Source of the DNA: Dicyema japonicum
Lineage: Eukaryota > Animalia > Dicyemida
Reading direction: 5' to 3'
Assembly: GCA_011109175.1 (NCBI GenBank)
Contig: RDEW01000042.1
Location: 68,504 to 132,503 of the forward strand
DNA: 64,000 nt
Shown: positions 22,701-35,915 of the stretch, piece after piece
Layout of the letters: the number at the start of each line of letters is the position of its first letter
Position numbering within the stretch: the stretch's first letter is position 1
Made by a program: the position numbers and the translations under genes
Notes under the pieces: model-generated
The model's input: only the letters and a program-made list of their open reading frames with translations
Told to the model about the DNA's origin: nothing
Database searches by the model: none

Positions 22701-25119
22701 ATGATCACACGTTAGTATTTTTTTAAACTCGAAAATTAAAAAATAAAAATCAATAAAACTTATGACTTTATTGACCTAAAAAATTTAATTTTGTCCTTTT
22801 TTGACATTACCCAAAATTTGACAAACAAGATTTGCAATTACTATTAATAAATAAATAATAAATTAAAAAATTCAATTAAATGTAAAAAAATAATAAAATT
22901 ACTTTTTTGTGTTTTATAGCCATTAAATCGGGTCGCACTTATGATGAGGCGGCTGCTTAAGGAGGCCAGGATCACCTGACGGCCCCTACTCTCCTGTGTA
23001 TTGTCGGTGATTCTTAAATAAATAAGGTCCACGTGAGGGCCGCACCTCTGCTTGTCGATGGCCGTTTGCGGTCAACGGGCCGCATGTTTGACATTCCTGG
23101 TCTACAAGGACTTTTAAAAAAGAAAGTTAAGAATATTAATGATCTCTCGAACCCCTTTCTAGGGTTAATTAACACATATGTCATTTCCTTCTTAAAATAA
23201 AAGTTTATGTCCTGTTTTATCGGAGAATTAACAGATGAATCGAAAGGGCTAAAAATCACCCAAGATATTGCTTTAAACTTTCAAAAACGAGCCTTTTAAA
23301 ATTTTGCCTACTTTCTGCAATCCAGATCCCTGAGTTGCGAACAGACATTGGTGACTTTAAAAAGTTTGTATCAGAAATTTCAGGTCTAGTTGCTTAGAAG
23401 ATAGAAGAGAAGTGAATTATGTCATCGTTTACTGAAAATTGAGAATTATTCTGATTTATACTCGAGCTATGTGGAAGAATGGAATACCTCCCAATCAGTT
23501 ACTCTTATATTTAGCTACCATAATTTATTGAGAAGGGATTTATGTCAATCTCTTTAAAATCCAATTGAATGATTTTGGTAATCTTAAAATATATGGATTA
23601 CCTCTTTGTAGGCTCAATATGATCAGTTCACTTTAGGAAATTTCATAACAACCATAGAAATCGCTAACATAAAAATTTGTAAGACTTGTTTAATAAGTAA
23701 CACTGTTCCTGAGTTTTAATCCCCTTGTTGAGTACTTGGTCTAAGATTTCTCTTCCTTTCCTCAGTTTCTTCTCTTCCTTTACCAATGAGATCGCAGGTC
23801 GATGAGAATGTTAAAATATCGTTTAAAAATTTAGATTCTACAATAATAGATAAAATCGTTAAGATATCAATAAACAGTGTTTCTTTATCTTTTTGATTTA
23901 AGATTTGTGTTAGTATTATATTTGAAGTTTAATTTTTCATAAAGTGAACGTTATTTATGGTCCCGTATGTTGCCCGGGTTTGTACAAGTGAGTTGTATTT
24001 CATAATTTTAGAAATTAAGAATTACTATAGTATTTTTCAATTTTAAAATGAAAATCTTCAATTTTAGATTATATGAGCTCTTTCATACGTAATTTTCCGG
24101 TTCATACTGACTAAATCATTAGATAAAGACTACTTTGTGGGAATAGAAATTTCCATAATCGAAAAATAATGATTTGAACAGTCAAAGAACACATTTCTAC
24201 TGATTTTCAACATATATAAGTAGATCTATGATAATATTCACTAATCTTACTTACATAGATTTTGGACATAACCCTTTGAAGTCCATGTGGGCATCCTCGT
24301 AGGAATCCTCGTAAATACCACATGTGGATAGTTTATTCAACACCATTGCTATATAAGAGATCACGTTCTTACAGGTTTGACGATATCATATTTAGTAGTT
24401 CTCTTGTCTCCCATAGGAAGATAACCAATCGTGGACTATAGATTAAACCACGTGGCTACCTTCAGACTGCATGTGCTCTGGTCATTCTCGTTGGTTTCGA
24501 CGTAAAATACTTCCGTGACTCGACAGCATGCACAGGCATATGGTCAGGGGCTTGTCCATGAAACATATGAGAGTTGAGGATAGGGAGTCGGGAACCTGTT
24601 GATACTGGATATTTAAGAAGAGGGTGTTGTTCAATAAGAGTTCGGCTATAATGCATCCAAAGACACATGTCAATCTTTGAGCATAGTTTATAGTCAAGGA
24701 TTACTTCTGGAGCTTAAAATATGAAATCCATGTCACCTGTAGTGAATATTTAGGAGGTTTTTATATTTGTCCATTGAGTCCTTGTACATAGCTGACCGGA
24801 AATCCGCCGATTTTAACGCATAAAGGTAATTCCTGGTCATTCTCAAGCAATGGTTCTCTCGTGTGGATTTGGGGTATTCAGGCCGTTCAAAATGAATTGT
24901 ACCAGTTTTGTTAAATAAGTTGTTTTTGAGTGTCTTTCGCGGAACCTGTGTAAAAAAGATGGTAGAATACCTAAACAAAAAAATGAACAATTTAAATTTT
25001 AAATAAAATGGATTTTTTAAATTTATTATTTAAAATTGTTTCAAGTTAATGGAAAGTATATAAGCCGCCTTGTGCCTTGTTGTTAATTTATTAATAAAAA
25101 CCAAAAATCACCGACAAAT

Positions 25120-25500
25120 TAAATAACTACATAGCCGTCAGGTGATTCCGCATCGACTAGCCATCTCATTCTTGCTCGGTGTTCCTCCCGGTTTTCAACG
25201 CATTTCCGGAATGGGCGGGGTTTCTAACTTTTTTGGTAGTTTGTAAGGCTCCGGTTTTCCTCACTAATTTTTCAAATGGTGTAGGCTTTAGAGGTGACTG
25301 GGAAAAACTTTGCAGAACCTTAATGGCCATTTTTTGGACTGTGTTGATTTTTTCTATATTCGCGTTTGATAGTTTGGTTCCCCATGCAGCACATCCATGT
25401 GCCTTGAAGTGCTATGTGGCTAATTGGTTGAAAGTTCATCTTCCTTTCCGTGATGGCGTCTTGGATCCACATGGCTGATATGGATGGACGTTAGAATAGA
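25120..25500 (-). mobile_element. I-group LINE 3' end
   Basis: GCAAWGTKLSNANIEKINTVQK...HRARMRWL, ending GGAATCACCTGACGGC. Confidence 0.8.
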
Positions 25501-26453
25501 AAGATGAGTCTAACTCCGAACGAGGAATAATTAGACGTTAATTAACTCTTAGGTTCTTTCAGGTATATTTTTGAGGTATTAATTAAATAAAAAATTCAAA
25601 CCACATGGATGTTAACAATAGTTCTTTTCCGAAAAGTTGAAATAATTTATCTTATCTAGAACAGATTTGAGAAACACAAAAAGTTTGACCTCTCCCTGTG
25701 TAATGGAAAACTACTTTAAATTTTTACAGAAAATTATAGAGGATCGGACATTATAATCATTTTACTATTTGAGTGCTACTCCGGTCAATAACAAAATTAT
25801 ATAGAAATGGACTGACCATTGAAGAACCCTTCTATAGACAATCCTTTACTATTCACGCTAAGAAGATGGATGAACTCCTTATTTTGCATCAACCTGTAGA
25901 AAAATAATCTGATCTCTTACAAGTGTATGCGTTTTTTGATTAGATTTAAATTGTTCTGGAATGTTCGTTTCTGACAGTTTCTTAGACCGAGTAAATAGCA
26001 ATAAGAACGACACCATTAATTTTGAAGTCTCTTAAGTCTACGACTTAGTTCATAATCAAGAAAAAGAGGATGAGTAGATAGACATTGCATCAGACATGTC
26101 ATCACCTCAACCTTAAACCAATTACGTATTTGGTTAACTGGTTATCTTGTCAACTAAAATCTCATCAATTTTTCCTGAGTCATGAGTCATTTTACATTCT
26201 TGTGTTAAACCTAATAATTAGCAATAATTAAATCCCCACTACATGCTAGATGCATTGAATCGGGCTTTACATCTAAAAATAAATCGGGTGTGGTAAGTCA
26301 TTTGCATAGAATAAGAGTTAAGGCTTTAAATTACTTTGGAAATTGGTGAAGGATTTACTAATAGTTTTGATTTTGTATTTAATAAGCGTTAGGCTGCAAG
26401 ATATTATATAACTTGTGTTAGGACTTTGGGTTAAGGATGTTATAGACGTAGGG

Positions 26454-26772
26454 TTTTTTTAAGCACATTCGCGTTACCAGTAAACGCTGTTTATGGTTTC
26501 GCTTGTGCAGAACACACTTTTTAAGCAAAGAACAGTTAACATAGCTAATCGATGAGGGAGAACCAAGGAATGCTCTTCACTTCTTTGTTTTCTTTTTCTT
26601 GGGTTATGTCCTTTATAGACGATCCGGTTCCACAGTGAAGTGTTCACTGATGACGGCGTCACTTGTCAAGCCAAAGCATATGCGTGGAACCTTCAACGAA
26701 TGTACAGTATCGGGATTCTAACTAGCGACCTTTAAGCCTCTAGCAGGCAACCGTCACACTGTGCCGCCAGGA
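26454..26772 (-). mobile_element. SINE family 1, copy d (full length)
   Basis: tRNA-like head, core and 3' domain. Tail is 45/48 identical to the RTE end at 48771-48818. Confidence 0.9.
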
Positions 26773-27179
26773 CTTTTTTTATATACTCTGTGTCTAGTAA
26801 GGGATACACTTAGGGTTAATTTTGTGAGAATTAGGGTTAAGTTTTTCAATAGAATACGAGTTAAGGTTTTACATTACTTTAGTTCTCATATTGGTTATTT
26901 GAAAGGTCAACAAGACTTAAGGAATGGTGGATAATACTCGAGATCTGACAGTAATAACCACTGAATGAGAAAAAAGTTGGTCATTTTTAGAATGATACTC
27001 GGAATGTTGTCCGTGTTCTCACATTGTTCGTGTTTTCACATAAAAACAAGTAAATTGAATCTTAATAAAACATATTTAGGATATTCTGCCTTAATTTTCC
27101 TAAAAACAAATATTCTAAAACTTCATTTTGACACGCATTCTACTACCTTTGAAGGCTGGCCGGAGCATCGCTAAGTGAT

Positions 27180-28200
27180 ATGGACTACTCTATAATTATA
27201 TTGATTCACAAAACCAGGTTGTGGTTCCTGTCATAACCACCAGAAGGTGATCGGGATCAATTATATAGTCTACATAATATTGACTGTCTTTTTTATGGTA
27301 CATATTCATAGGCTTCTTGATTGTCACATACCAGTGTGAAGGGGAACAGATTACGGAAATTGTACACTTGATGAGACTACAGTAAACGATAAATATTATT
27401 TCAACGTAAATGCGTAGGGTAGCTCTCACGGTAGAGCCGACCAAACTGTTTATTCCAAAGGGTAAATATCGACACTTTGGAAATTGGTGGTTTCAAAGAC
27501 AGCTTAATATATCGTCTTTGGACTTATGATTGCCAACATTGCTAAGTTCGCTTGTGACTTAATTTAGCAGCGAGGATAGAGTCCTCAGTACAAATCGGTT
27601 TTGGTAAATTGAACATTGCGTTGACTATTCTCTTTACTCCCTTATATTGGAATTCCTATTGGAATGTCGTTCCTCATTTATGCGATTATAGGCATTCAGT
27701 TGCCTTGAATGACAGTACTCAGATTAATAGCAATAATAAATTTCAGTTCTTTCCTCAGTCCCTTTTTTTACTATTTAGGCATATTCTTTATATATTTGTA
27801 TATCTGTCACTAGGGAGGCTCAGCAGGAGATTGTATTTCGGGGGAACATATGCATCACCCAAGAGTTAATATCCAAATAGCTGTGGTTCCTCTTTGCCTA
27901 TGCTTCATAATAGAGATTTTTGATTACCTAACACAAGATTGGTCAATCTTTGGTACACATAACTGGAAGAAATTGTTAAAGTATAGTCGACATAATTCTG
28001 ATGTCACGTGGACATTTATGTGATGAGTAAGAGGTTGATAAAGCATATTTATTTAGTCAGTCTCCTAAGACAATATCCACCATTAGGATGCTATGTCCTC
28101 ATAGATAACGCCTGCATATTATCAGTTATTGTAGAAATTAGCAACAATAAATATGCCATTACTGAGTGACGGGACTGTCGAGTTTAAAGCTACTTTATTT
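27180..28200 (-). mobile_element. Highly decayed Ty3/gypsy pol relic
   Basis: SFKLDS (protease-like), RICL (RT-like) and FTLVCDN (RNase H-like) occur in the expected order, with many stops. Confidence 0.35.
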
Positions 28201-28244
28201 GCTCTTGTGAGGTCAACCTTCTATGTATTTTTACGAGTTTATTA

Positions 28245-28494
28245 TCGAGTGGCTCAGTGTTACCAAAAATAACGAGGTCCCGTTCGAATCCCACTGATGT
28301 CCATTTAAGGTTCCACACATCTATGTGCTTTGACTTGACGAGTGACTCTTCATCAGTGAACATTTTACTGCGGAGCCGTATCGGCTACAAAAGGACTCAA
28401 ATCCAAAAAATAAAAAAAAGTGAAGAGCATTCCTTTGTTCTCCCTCATCGATTATTATGATAACTGTTCTTTGCTTAAAATAAAGTGTGTTCTG
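28245..28494 (+). mobile_element. SINE family 1, copy e
   Basis: GTGGCTCAGTG, CCGTTCGAATCCC, core and 3' domain. Confidence 0.85.
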
Positions 28495-30974
28495 ATGCAT
28501 TGGCTATTTAGCTAAATATTCAAAGTTGAAAGATTTGGAAATTAGCAATTGAAGGTCACCACATGACATTGTTATATTCATCAAAATTTGTTAAAACTCA
28601 AAGCCTTAGTAACTGGTTCCTGGAGGAACTAAGGTCCAGAAAAGTATGGCAGTCCTAAAGGGACAACATATGTACAAATGCGTACCCAAAAAAAGATTTG
28701 GTAAGTCAAGCCTAGACAGGCGTTTAAATATATTAAATAAAAAATTTAAAATAATAGAAAATTTAAAAAGTTATAATTTATCCTCAAAAACATATTTTCG
28801 AAATTAAACTCTATAATTTGGCGCGTTACTTGGCCACGTGACTAAATTTTGATATTTAAAGGTAATTTTTGTACAACTAAAGAGAGCTGTTTAATCATTT
28901 TTCTGTTAGATTGCTACTTCCAAACGTAGTTGTTAGTGTTGATTAGGTAGTTTACTGGTTAATGTTGTTGCTTACGTCGCATTTAGCTGTGGGTTAATTT
29001 CCACACGCTACGTTCTATTTCGACGTGCGGAACGTTGTGGTCATCACTTGAATTTGCATTCAAATCTGTACAGGATTGGATAATCGTACTCTCCAATATG
29101 CCCATCATACTTTCTTGAAGACGGGTCATATTTTCTCTTGTCCGGGTTTACCTACTAGTTCTCTACAGAACCAAATATACCCATGAGATCTCTGGGAGCG
29201 TCCGATCTTGGCTGTGACGTTTTTGTTAGCCACCGGTATCCTTCACTTGAAGGGACCAGGAGTAAATAAAAATAAATCAGTTATTAATTTTCGAATTTTC
29301 TAAATAATTTAATTTGTTGCTAGCATCTCATCACGGGATTAGTTAGTTTGGTTTCACCCTTGGTCTTTGGAATCAATTAATTTATCCTAGGCATTTATTG
29401 AACCTTAACTATTCCGCATTGAAGACTCGGCAAAATTCCAAAAGTTCGTCCAAGTTCACACTGATTTTCTGTACCCATGCCATTCTTCACTTTGAAGAAT
29501 TTGTAGAGGGTTGAATACCTCGTTGTAATAAGGAACTACTGCTGACTGATGGAAGCAATCTGTTAGCGTTCGCAAACAGAGGTCAAAATGGACTCGGGTG
29601 CTCTCTGATTTGAACTAAAAAACCAGTCTGTTAATTTTACAAAAAACGACTTGAGGAAGGTGTTGATTCATGCAGACTACTTACTCTTGCAGACCTGATG
29701 GGATTCATATGATATTTTCAAAATTTATGGAACAAGAAATCTCTACTTTGACGTTTCTCCAACTTCTCAATTAATTCAAATGATATCTTTCAATCTCATA
29801 TTTAAAAAAGTTTTTTTTTCAAAAAGCGTTATAAATTAGTACATAGAGTCATCATTTCTCATTCAAATTATTGATTTGGCCTGCAGACCAAAAAGGTTGG
29901 GAACCACTGGGGTAGAGGATAGGACATATACTTGTTGGAAAAGAAGTCAATATGTTTCGGAGATTTCATTGTGGAATCAAGAATGATATTATACCGTGAA
30001 ATAACGATTTTGTACTCGGTATACATAAAGACGAGAATATTTTCGGAATGAAAAGGAATTAAAGAAAGAGAATGAAGCATGGGTCCAGAAAGATATGTAG
30101 GAGCTCGTCGATGGCAAAAATTTTACCAACTCCCTTTAAGAGAAATGAAATAAGTCATTTTTTAAGAAAATGAACGAATGAGGAGGCGATTTTACTTGAT
30201 AGGATGCGGGAAATACGATCAAAAGCTTGGAGAAATCTATAATAGCAAGGAATATGAGAAGAGGTGGTTTGTGATTTTTAAACCCATCAACGGTGAAATT
30301 GTATAGTGTAGTTAGTTAAGTAACCCCAGCCTCACTAACTTGTAGGAGACCAGCAGCTATTAAATATAAATCGGTCAGTCTCGGCATTGTAGACGAACGT
30401 TGTGCCAATTCATGACATTGTAAGTGAGAGGCAATCGAAGAAAGAGGACGAAAATGTTTAATATCATGGGGATAATACAGAGTTATGAGATATATTGAAA
30501 ATAGTAGTGAGTTTTTGTATTCCTCAAGGGTCAAGGTTGTTTAAATGTAGAACTAGAGCTCACTCGGGGCCAAAACTAATGATTATCTGGCATTTTTAAT
30601 AAGGTCAGCGACAGCTGAGATTGTTATAGTTATTGGTGGAATGACGCTGAAATTTTATTCTGGATTTATGAGCACAGGCGGTCTCGTCATATTCATAAGT
30701 CCGACGAATGAATAGAAGCTCATTAGGCTGTCAGTTTGCTCTATGAATGACTTGGTCTGTTTCGTTATTATAACCGTATCAGTGTGAAACTGAAGAGTTA
30801 TTTAGAAAAAAGGCAATAATTTTAGATTCCTTCCAGAATTCTAAAATTTGGTGCAGTGTTTAGTTGAGAGATGAACTATTTCCAATTGGCATCTTTTAGA
30901 GATTTCACCATGACTGTATGCAATTTTATGAGTGAGAGACTGGCTTTCTTGCTACCTTTGAAGGTGTTCCCTTC

Positions 30975-31430
30975 TTTATTCATTATTATTATTATTTAAC
31001 ACCCAAGACCAAGGTAAAACCAAACTAACTATTACGTGATCCCGATGGGTTCCACCAAAATGCTCATCCTTTCCCGGTGCTCCTCCCTCGTGCCCACACA
31101 AGCTCGTACCGGGCGGCTGACGGTATTTGCAGGGCCACCTTACCGCATGGTGGAGTTTAGTTTTATGAGGGCCTCCAGAGTAATCGGTCCGGTCCTGTGT
31201 TTCCCACAAGTCCACCGCTCCGTGACTCTGAAAGCCTTCTTTTGTAGTCCTCGATTTTCTTAGTATTCGTCCATGATAATGATGGTCCCCAGGAAGCACA
31301 CGCGTACGAAAAGCATGGTTCAATGTATTGTTTGATTTTAGTGGAAAGAAAAGGTTAACTATGTGAGTTTGTCCACTTGGATTTACAGTAGGTAGAGCCT
31401 GGAAATGCCATATGGCCAGATGACTCAATT
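30975..31430 (-). mobile_element. I-group LINE 3' end with (AAT)n tail
   Basis: YIEPCFSYACASWGP...EHRERMSILVEPIGIT*; homologous to 43690-44410. Confidence 0.85.
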
Positions 31431-31869
31431 AAACAATACAATCTCGGTGTATAAAAAAATTAGAAAATTTATGATCAAACTAAATTAATTCAAATTATTT
31501 TGTTTATTTGTAATAAATTAATAAAATAAAAATAAATTATTTTTGTCTGTTGGTGTGTTCATGATGGATGAGTTTATACAGTTGGAAGGATTATCAAAAT
31601 ATCGAAAGTAAATGAGAAAATTGATAACCTTGTTGGTAAAAAATCCATAAATACTGGTACACTAATAATATTTATTATTACAGCCGAACAATTTTTCAAG
31701 CTTTGCGAATCTAACTCATATCGATGAAATAACAGAAATGTTGGTGAAAAACGACCTGAATGTCTCAGTAGTTTCAAATATTATATTTAAATTAGATTTA
31801 TAGAGCAGATTATGGCTTTAATAAAAAAATGAAATCTGCCATAATTTTGTTTTCAAAGGACAGCTGTTC

Positions 31870-34800
31870 GAATAACAATGAGAGTAGTGGGCTAAAAGCA
31901 GCCAATATCTCACTCTGAGAAGAGAAGTAGAGAACAGGAGGATAGAGATATTTTGTTGGCTATTGGAGAGATCAAGTGAACCATCATTGTGATCCCACCA
32001 GATACCGCCGTCATCCTTCTCTCGTTTTACCAGTAAATCAAGTCTATAGTGGACAAGTGACTAGCATAAAAGATTTAGGCTGTTTTGTGGAGTTATTTGG
32101 ACTTAATGAGAAAGGAAGACTCGTGCACATTTCCAATGTATACTCTTAATTAAGACTTAGATTAAAGAGGATAGGCTCGGAAGTATGCAATACGTTGTGA
32201 AGATCGGGAAGAGCGTGAAATTCAGAGTCATTGAAATAAAGTCTGATGGAAAGATCTCGCTTATGATGAACGGGATAGATCAGAGGACCGGGAATTCTCT
32301 AAATAATGAGGAAACTTCTTACAACGCTATGGGGGGCATAGAATTGTCGAGACATCTAGACCATCTGAAATCCATTCACGTTCGTCGAATATTGACATTC
32401 ACCAGCTTCGGAAACTGAACCGAATGTCTTCTCCCGGCGATTTGAGATGGCCTATATGAGGGCGGGAAACTGCAAGCGCATACATCAACGAATAATTGAC
32501 CTTGATGAAAATTTGTATGGCAATCAATCAGAAAGTAATCTATTTCTTTAGATTAAGACGGTGATCTGGAAATTGAGCTTGTCAAACAGCTTCCTCCTTT
32601 TTTTCATAACTTCTTGAAGACTTTTATCTCCAATTCGAATAATAAAGGTTGAGTCTAGCTTATATTTCTAGAATCCCGATAGATCTCTTAACCAGGCAAA
32701 GATGTTGCAGAGTTCTCTGCATAAGGAGAGACGGGAACTAAATCAACAGGAGAGGAGTGGACATGACCTCCAACTAAAAGGCCATTGAAATTGCACAGAA
32801 GTGAATGGATTCCTTATCGAACGTAATTTTATTCAATAATGCTTAGAAAATGGCATCAGTTCATTTCAGGTTCCTCAATGGGATACATGAAGGAACTGAC
32901 GTAATGGAATAACGTCCACAAGACTGGAGGAAAGTCTCGACCAAGATCCCTAATTGACCAGAGAAGCACACTTCCAACTACGAAGTTGAAACACGAGCTG
33001 ATCAAGGCGATCCAAGACAACCATATTCTGATAGTAATCGGGGACACGGCCTCAGGAAGACAACCCAGATAAAACAGTACTGCAAGAGCTTAGTTATACC
33101 GTTAATGGGAAAATTGGATGCACATAGCCTCGTAGAGTAGCTGCAATGTCCATGTCTGATGAGTCTCATAAGAGTTTAGCTCTAGATTGGGCAAGGAACT
33201 TATATTTTGGTGATTACCATTCAGATTGGTTGTACTATTCGATTTGATGATTTTACCTCTAAGGACGCCAAGATTAAGTACTAGCTGACGGAATGTTGCT
33301 GAGAGATGCTTGAATGACCTTAAATGGCGCAGTATTCGGTTATCATGCTGGAAAAACTCACGAGCGAACATTGATGTTGTGTTTGGACTCCCGAAGGTTG
33401 CTGGAAGGTATGAAGTTGATTGTACTTGGATTCTGTTAAATTTTCCAAGTATTTTACCATCCGTGAGCTTCGTGACTTATTTACCGATTTACACAATCCC
33501 TGGAGGATGGAGTCATTTTCAGCACGAAAGCTGAGTCCGTTATCTCGATGATTCTTAATCACCGCAATGGAGATCTCAAGCAAAAACCTGGTATTTTTTA
33601 AACTTTATTGCACTAGTGGACATTTTCTATTTTTAGCAGGGCATGAAAAAATTGACACTGGATGTTAGATTTATTACAAGTGGATGCAGACGTTGGTGCC
33701 AATTTCCCGGAAATGATTATGTGCCGGTCTTTGGGGACCTCTCTGGAATTTAAAGCCAAAATATTCGAATTACTCCACTGGCTTTAGAAAGGTAGGTTTT
33801 GATAGAAACCTGTAGATTGTGGTGGCAAATAACATTCGGAGACATCACTGACAATTGACTGATTTTTTACGTCGTTGATCCCTGCTTTGTAAAGCAGTAG
33901 ATTTAAAATCCAAAAAACGTCATGGACCAGCTGAAAGTCAATGCAATAGCCAAGTGACAGGCGAAGCAACTGGCGAGCGATCTGAGAGAACTGTTCCAAG
34001 GAAGTGCTACAGATTATACACTGAGCGAGAAATGTTAAAAACTCAAGTAATACCGTGGATTATGATTATTAGGTACCCGAGATTAGGACAATAAACATGG
34101 CTGCTATACACTCTAACTGAAGGCCTGGGAATCAACGACTTTATCTCTTTCGACTTTATGGACCTACCGGCTGTGCAATACCTCGTGTCTGCGCTTGAGC
34201 ACCTACACGCGTTGAACGCATTGATCGACAAGCGACTATTAACTTCTTAGGTAGTTTTCCTGCTGATTGAATAGATGGCCGAGTCTCCGTTGGAGTCGAT
34301 GTTCTCCAAATTTTAATAATGTCCGTAGGATCGTCTCGATGATGTCTGTTCAAAACTTGTTTCTTCAGTCCCAAAGAGAACGCTGACCAGAAAGAAAAGT
34401 TCCATTAGCCAGATGGTGACCATCAAACTCTTCTGGAAGATTACAATGCCTGGACTAAATGTTCGGAAAACTGGGCTCACAGTATTTCCTTAGACAAAGA
34501 GCATTGAAAAGGTATCAGGACATTAGAAAGCAGATGATAAACATTATGGACAGGTAGATTTGCTGTTTTATTTAGACATAAATTGAATGCCGTGAGTTAT
34601 GGGGGGAAAACATATCATCTATCCTTAAGGCACTCGTTAGCGGTCTTTAGGGACACAAATCAGCAGGATGGGTACCAGAAGAACATTGATCAGCAAACAG
34701 TGTAGATCCACCTATCCGGTGCTCTCTCTAATGGTAGGAATAGTGGCTTATTTCAGGGTTGTTTACCATGAGTTGATGTTAACTTCAAAAGAATACATGC

Positions 34801-34965
34801 ATGGCGCTATTGATCCTTGATGGCTAATGGATTTGCTCCGAAGTTTTTCCAGTTTTATGATCCAACTAATCTGAGTGATGAAAAGAATTGCACTTCTTGA
34901 TAATATATTTGAGGGCAAGGATGAATGATGAATCACTCATGCGTATAAGAAATACAGAACTAAAG
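31870..34965 (+). pseudogene. DHX8: Non-processed pseudogene of DEAH-box splicing helicase DHX8/PRP22
   Basis: S1 domain (VYSGQVTSIKDLGCFVEL...GIDQRTG), DLEIELV, LHKERRELNQ, DNHILIVIGDT, GKIGCT*PRRVAAMS, relics of NIAETSLTID and of the GRAGRTGPGKCYRLYTE motif, MDRHKL, WVVYHEL. Many substitution stops and frameshifts. Introns of 22-26 nt are retained. Confidence 0.9.
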
Positions 34966-35745
34966 TCATTTTTTTATAAATTTCACTACTATGTTTTTAA
35001 TTTCTTAATTTTAATTATTACGCTCCCGTCTCTCTCACCTATATCACTGCTTGACCAATTCTAATAATCTGCAGGATGTCTAACAACTGGAGTCGGCGAC
35101 CAAGTGCTCTATTCTGTATTGAAGCTGGGAGGGATGCATCTCTATCACACTCGAATGTGTAGTTGATTATGATAAATTGCCTTTGTTGCTTGAAATTTGC
35201 ATAATAAATGCGTAAGTCGGTATTTTGAAACTAACGTTGAATATATTTGATTGAAATATCCGCGAAAATTTCGTTTTAATGGAAGTTGGTCATAATACCT
35301 GGTTTTCAGAAATTCAAGGCTCATTTTTGCCTAAGGATTTTAACAAGAGTTTACTTATGGATACTTCGGACGTTCAGCTTCCTCCGCTGATTTCGTATTT
35401 CATCGACATCCCAATAGTTGATTCTCCATCAGTTGAAAGGATACTCCAAAATAAAACGGATCTTTTCAATAAAGATAGAATTGACAAATATGAGAAGTGC
35501 CCCTTGAAATTGTTTGATTCGTTAGTTTCAAAAGCGATCAATAGTAGCCGAAAGAACGGAAAGGAGATGAAATATCATTCAAACAACAAAAACAGCAATG
35601 GGCTAGAGAAAGAGAAATTATATGAAATTGTTTCCCAGTGATTGACGTGATTTTGATTTCATTAAATTCTAGTTTTTATTTGAATATTTTATTCCAAATT
35701 TATGATAAATTTCTAGAAAAGCCTTAGAACAATTTATAAATACCC

Positions 35746-35915
35746 ACCAGTGGCTCATTGGTCCTCCAGTCTAAGACGGTAGAGCTTCAATGTATTTCCT
35801 TGTTAAATCACTTTAAACGCTAATTAAAGAGACATCGGTGTTCCATCTGTCCCAGGTGACGTCCAGTCTCATAGTGCACAAACAGTAATCATTTGATCTA
35901 CCTTGGTCTAAGATT
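35746..35915 (+). mobile_element. Degenerate family 2 element, copy H
   Basis: CCATCTGTCCCAGGTGACGTCC...AATCATTTG resembles the copy A core; tail CCTTGGTCTAAG. Confidence 0.5.

Larger units (their letters stand above)
19998..23099 (-). mobile_element. hAT (GTF2IRD2/EPM2AIP1-like) element with transposase relic
   Basis: TIRs CAGGAGTGTCAAAC / GTTTGACATTCCTG and 8-bp TSD GTCTACAA. FSISINETVEV..IAQLTILVR...FLELIPM and EDIF...KLVCLCTDIAPNM are split by a LINE insertion. Confidence 0.9.

Noticed and set aside
25700-25800. YYLSATPVNN as a helicase motif III
   Set aside because: Flanked by stops, with no other helicase motifs nearby.
33156-33185. CTGATGAGTCTC...GAG hairpin
   Set aside because: Lies within DHX8 coding relic and lacks GAAA.
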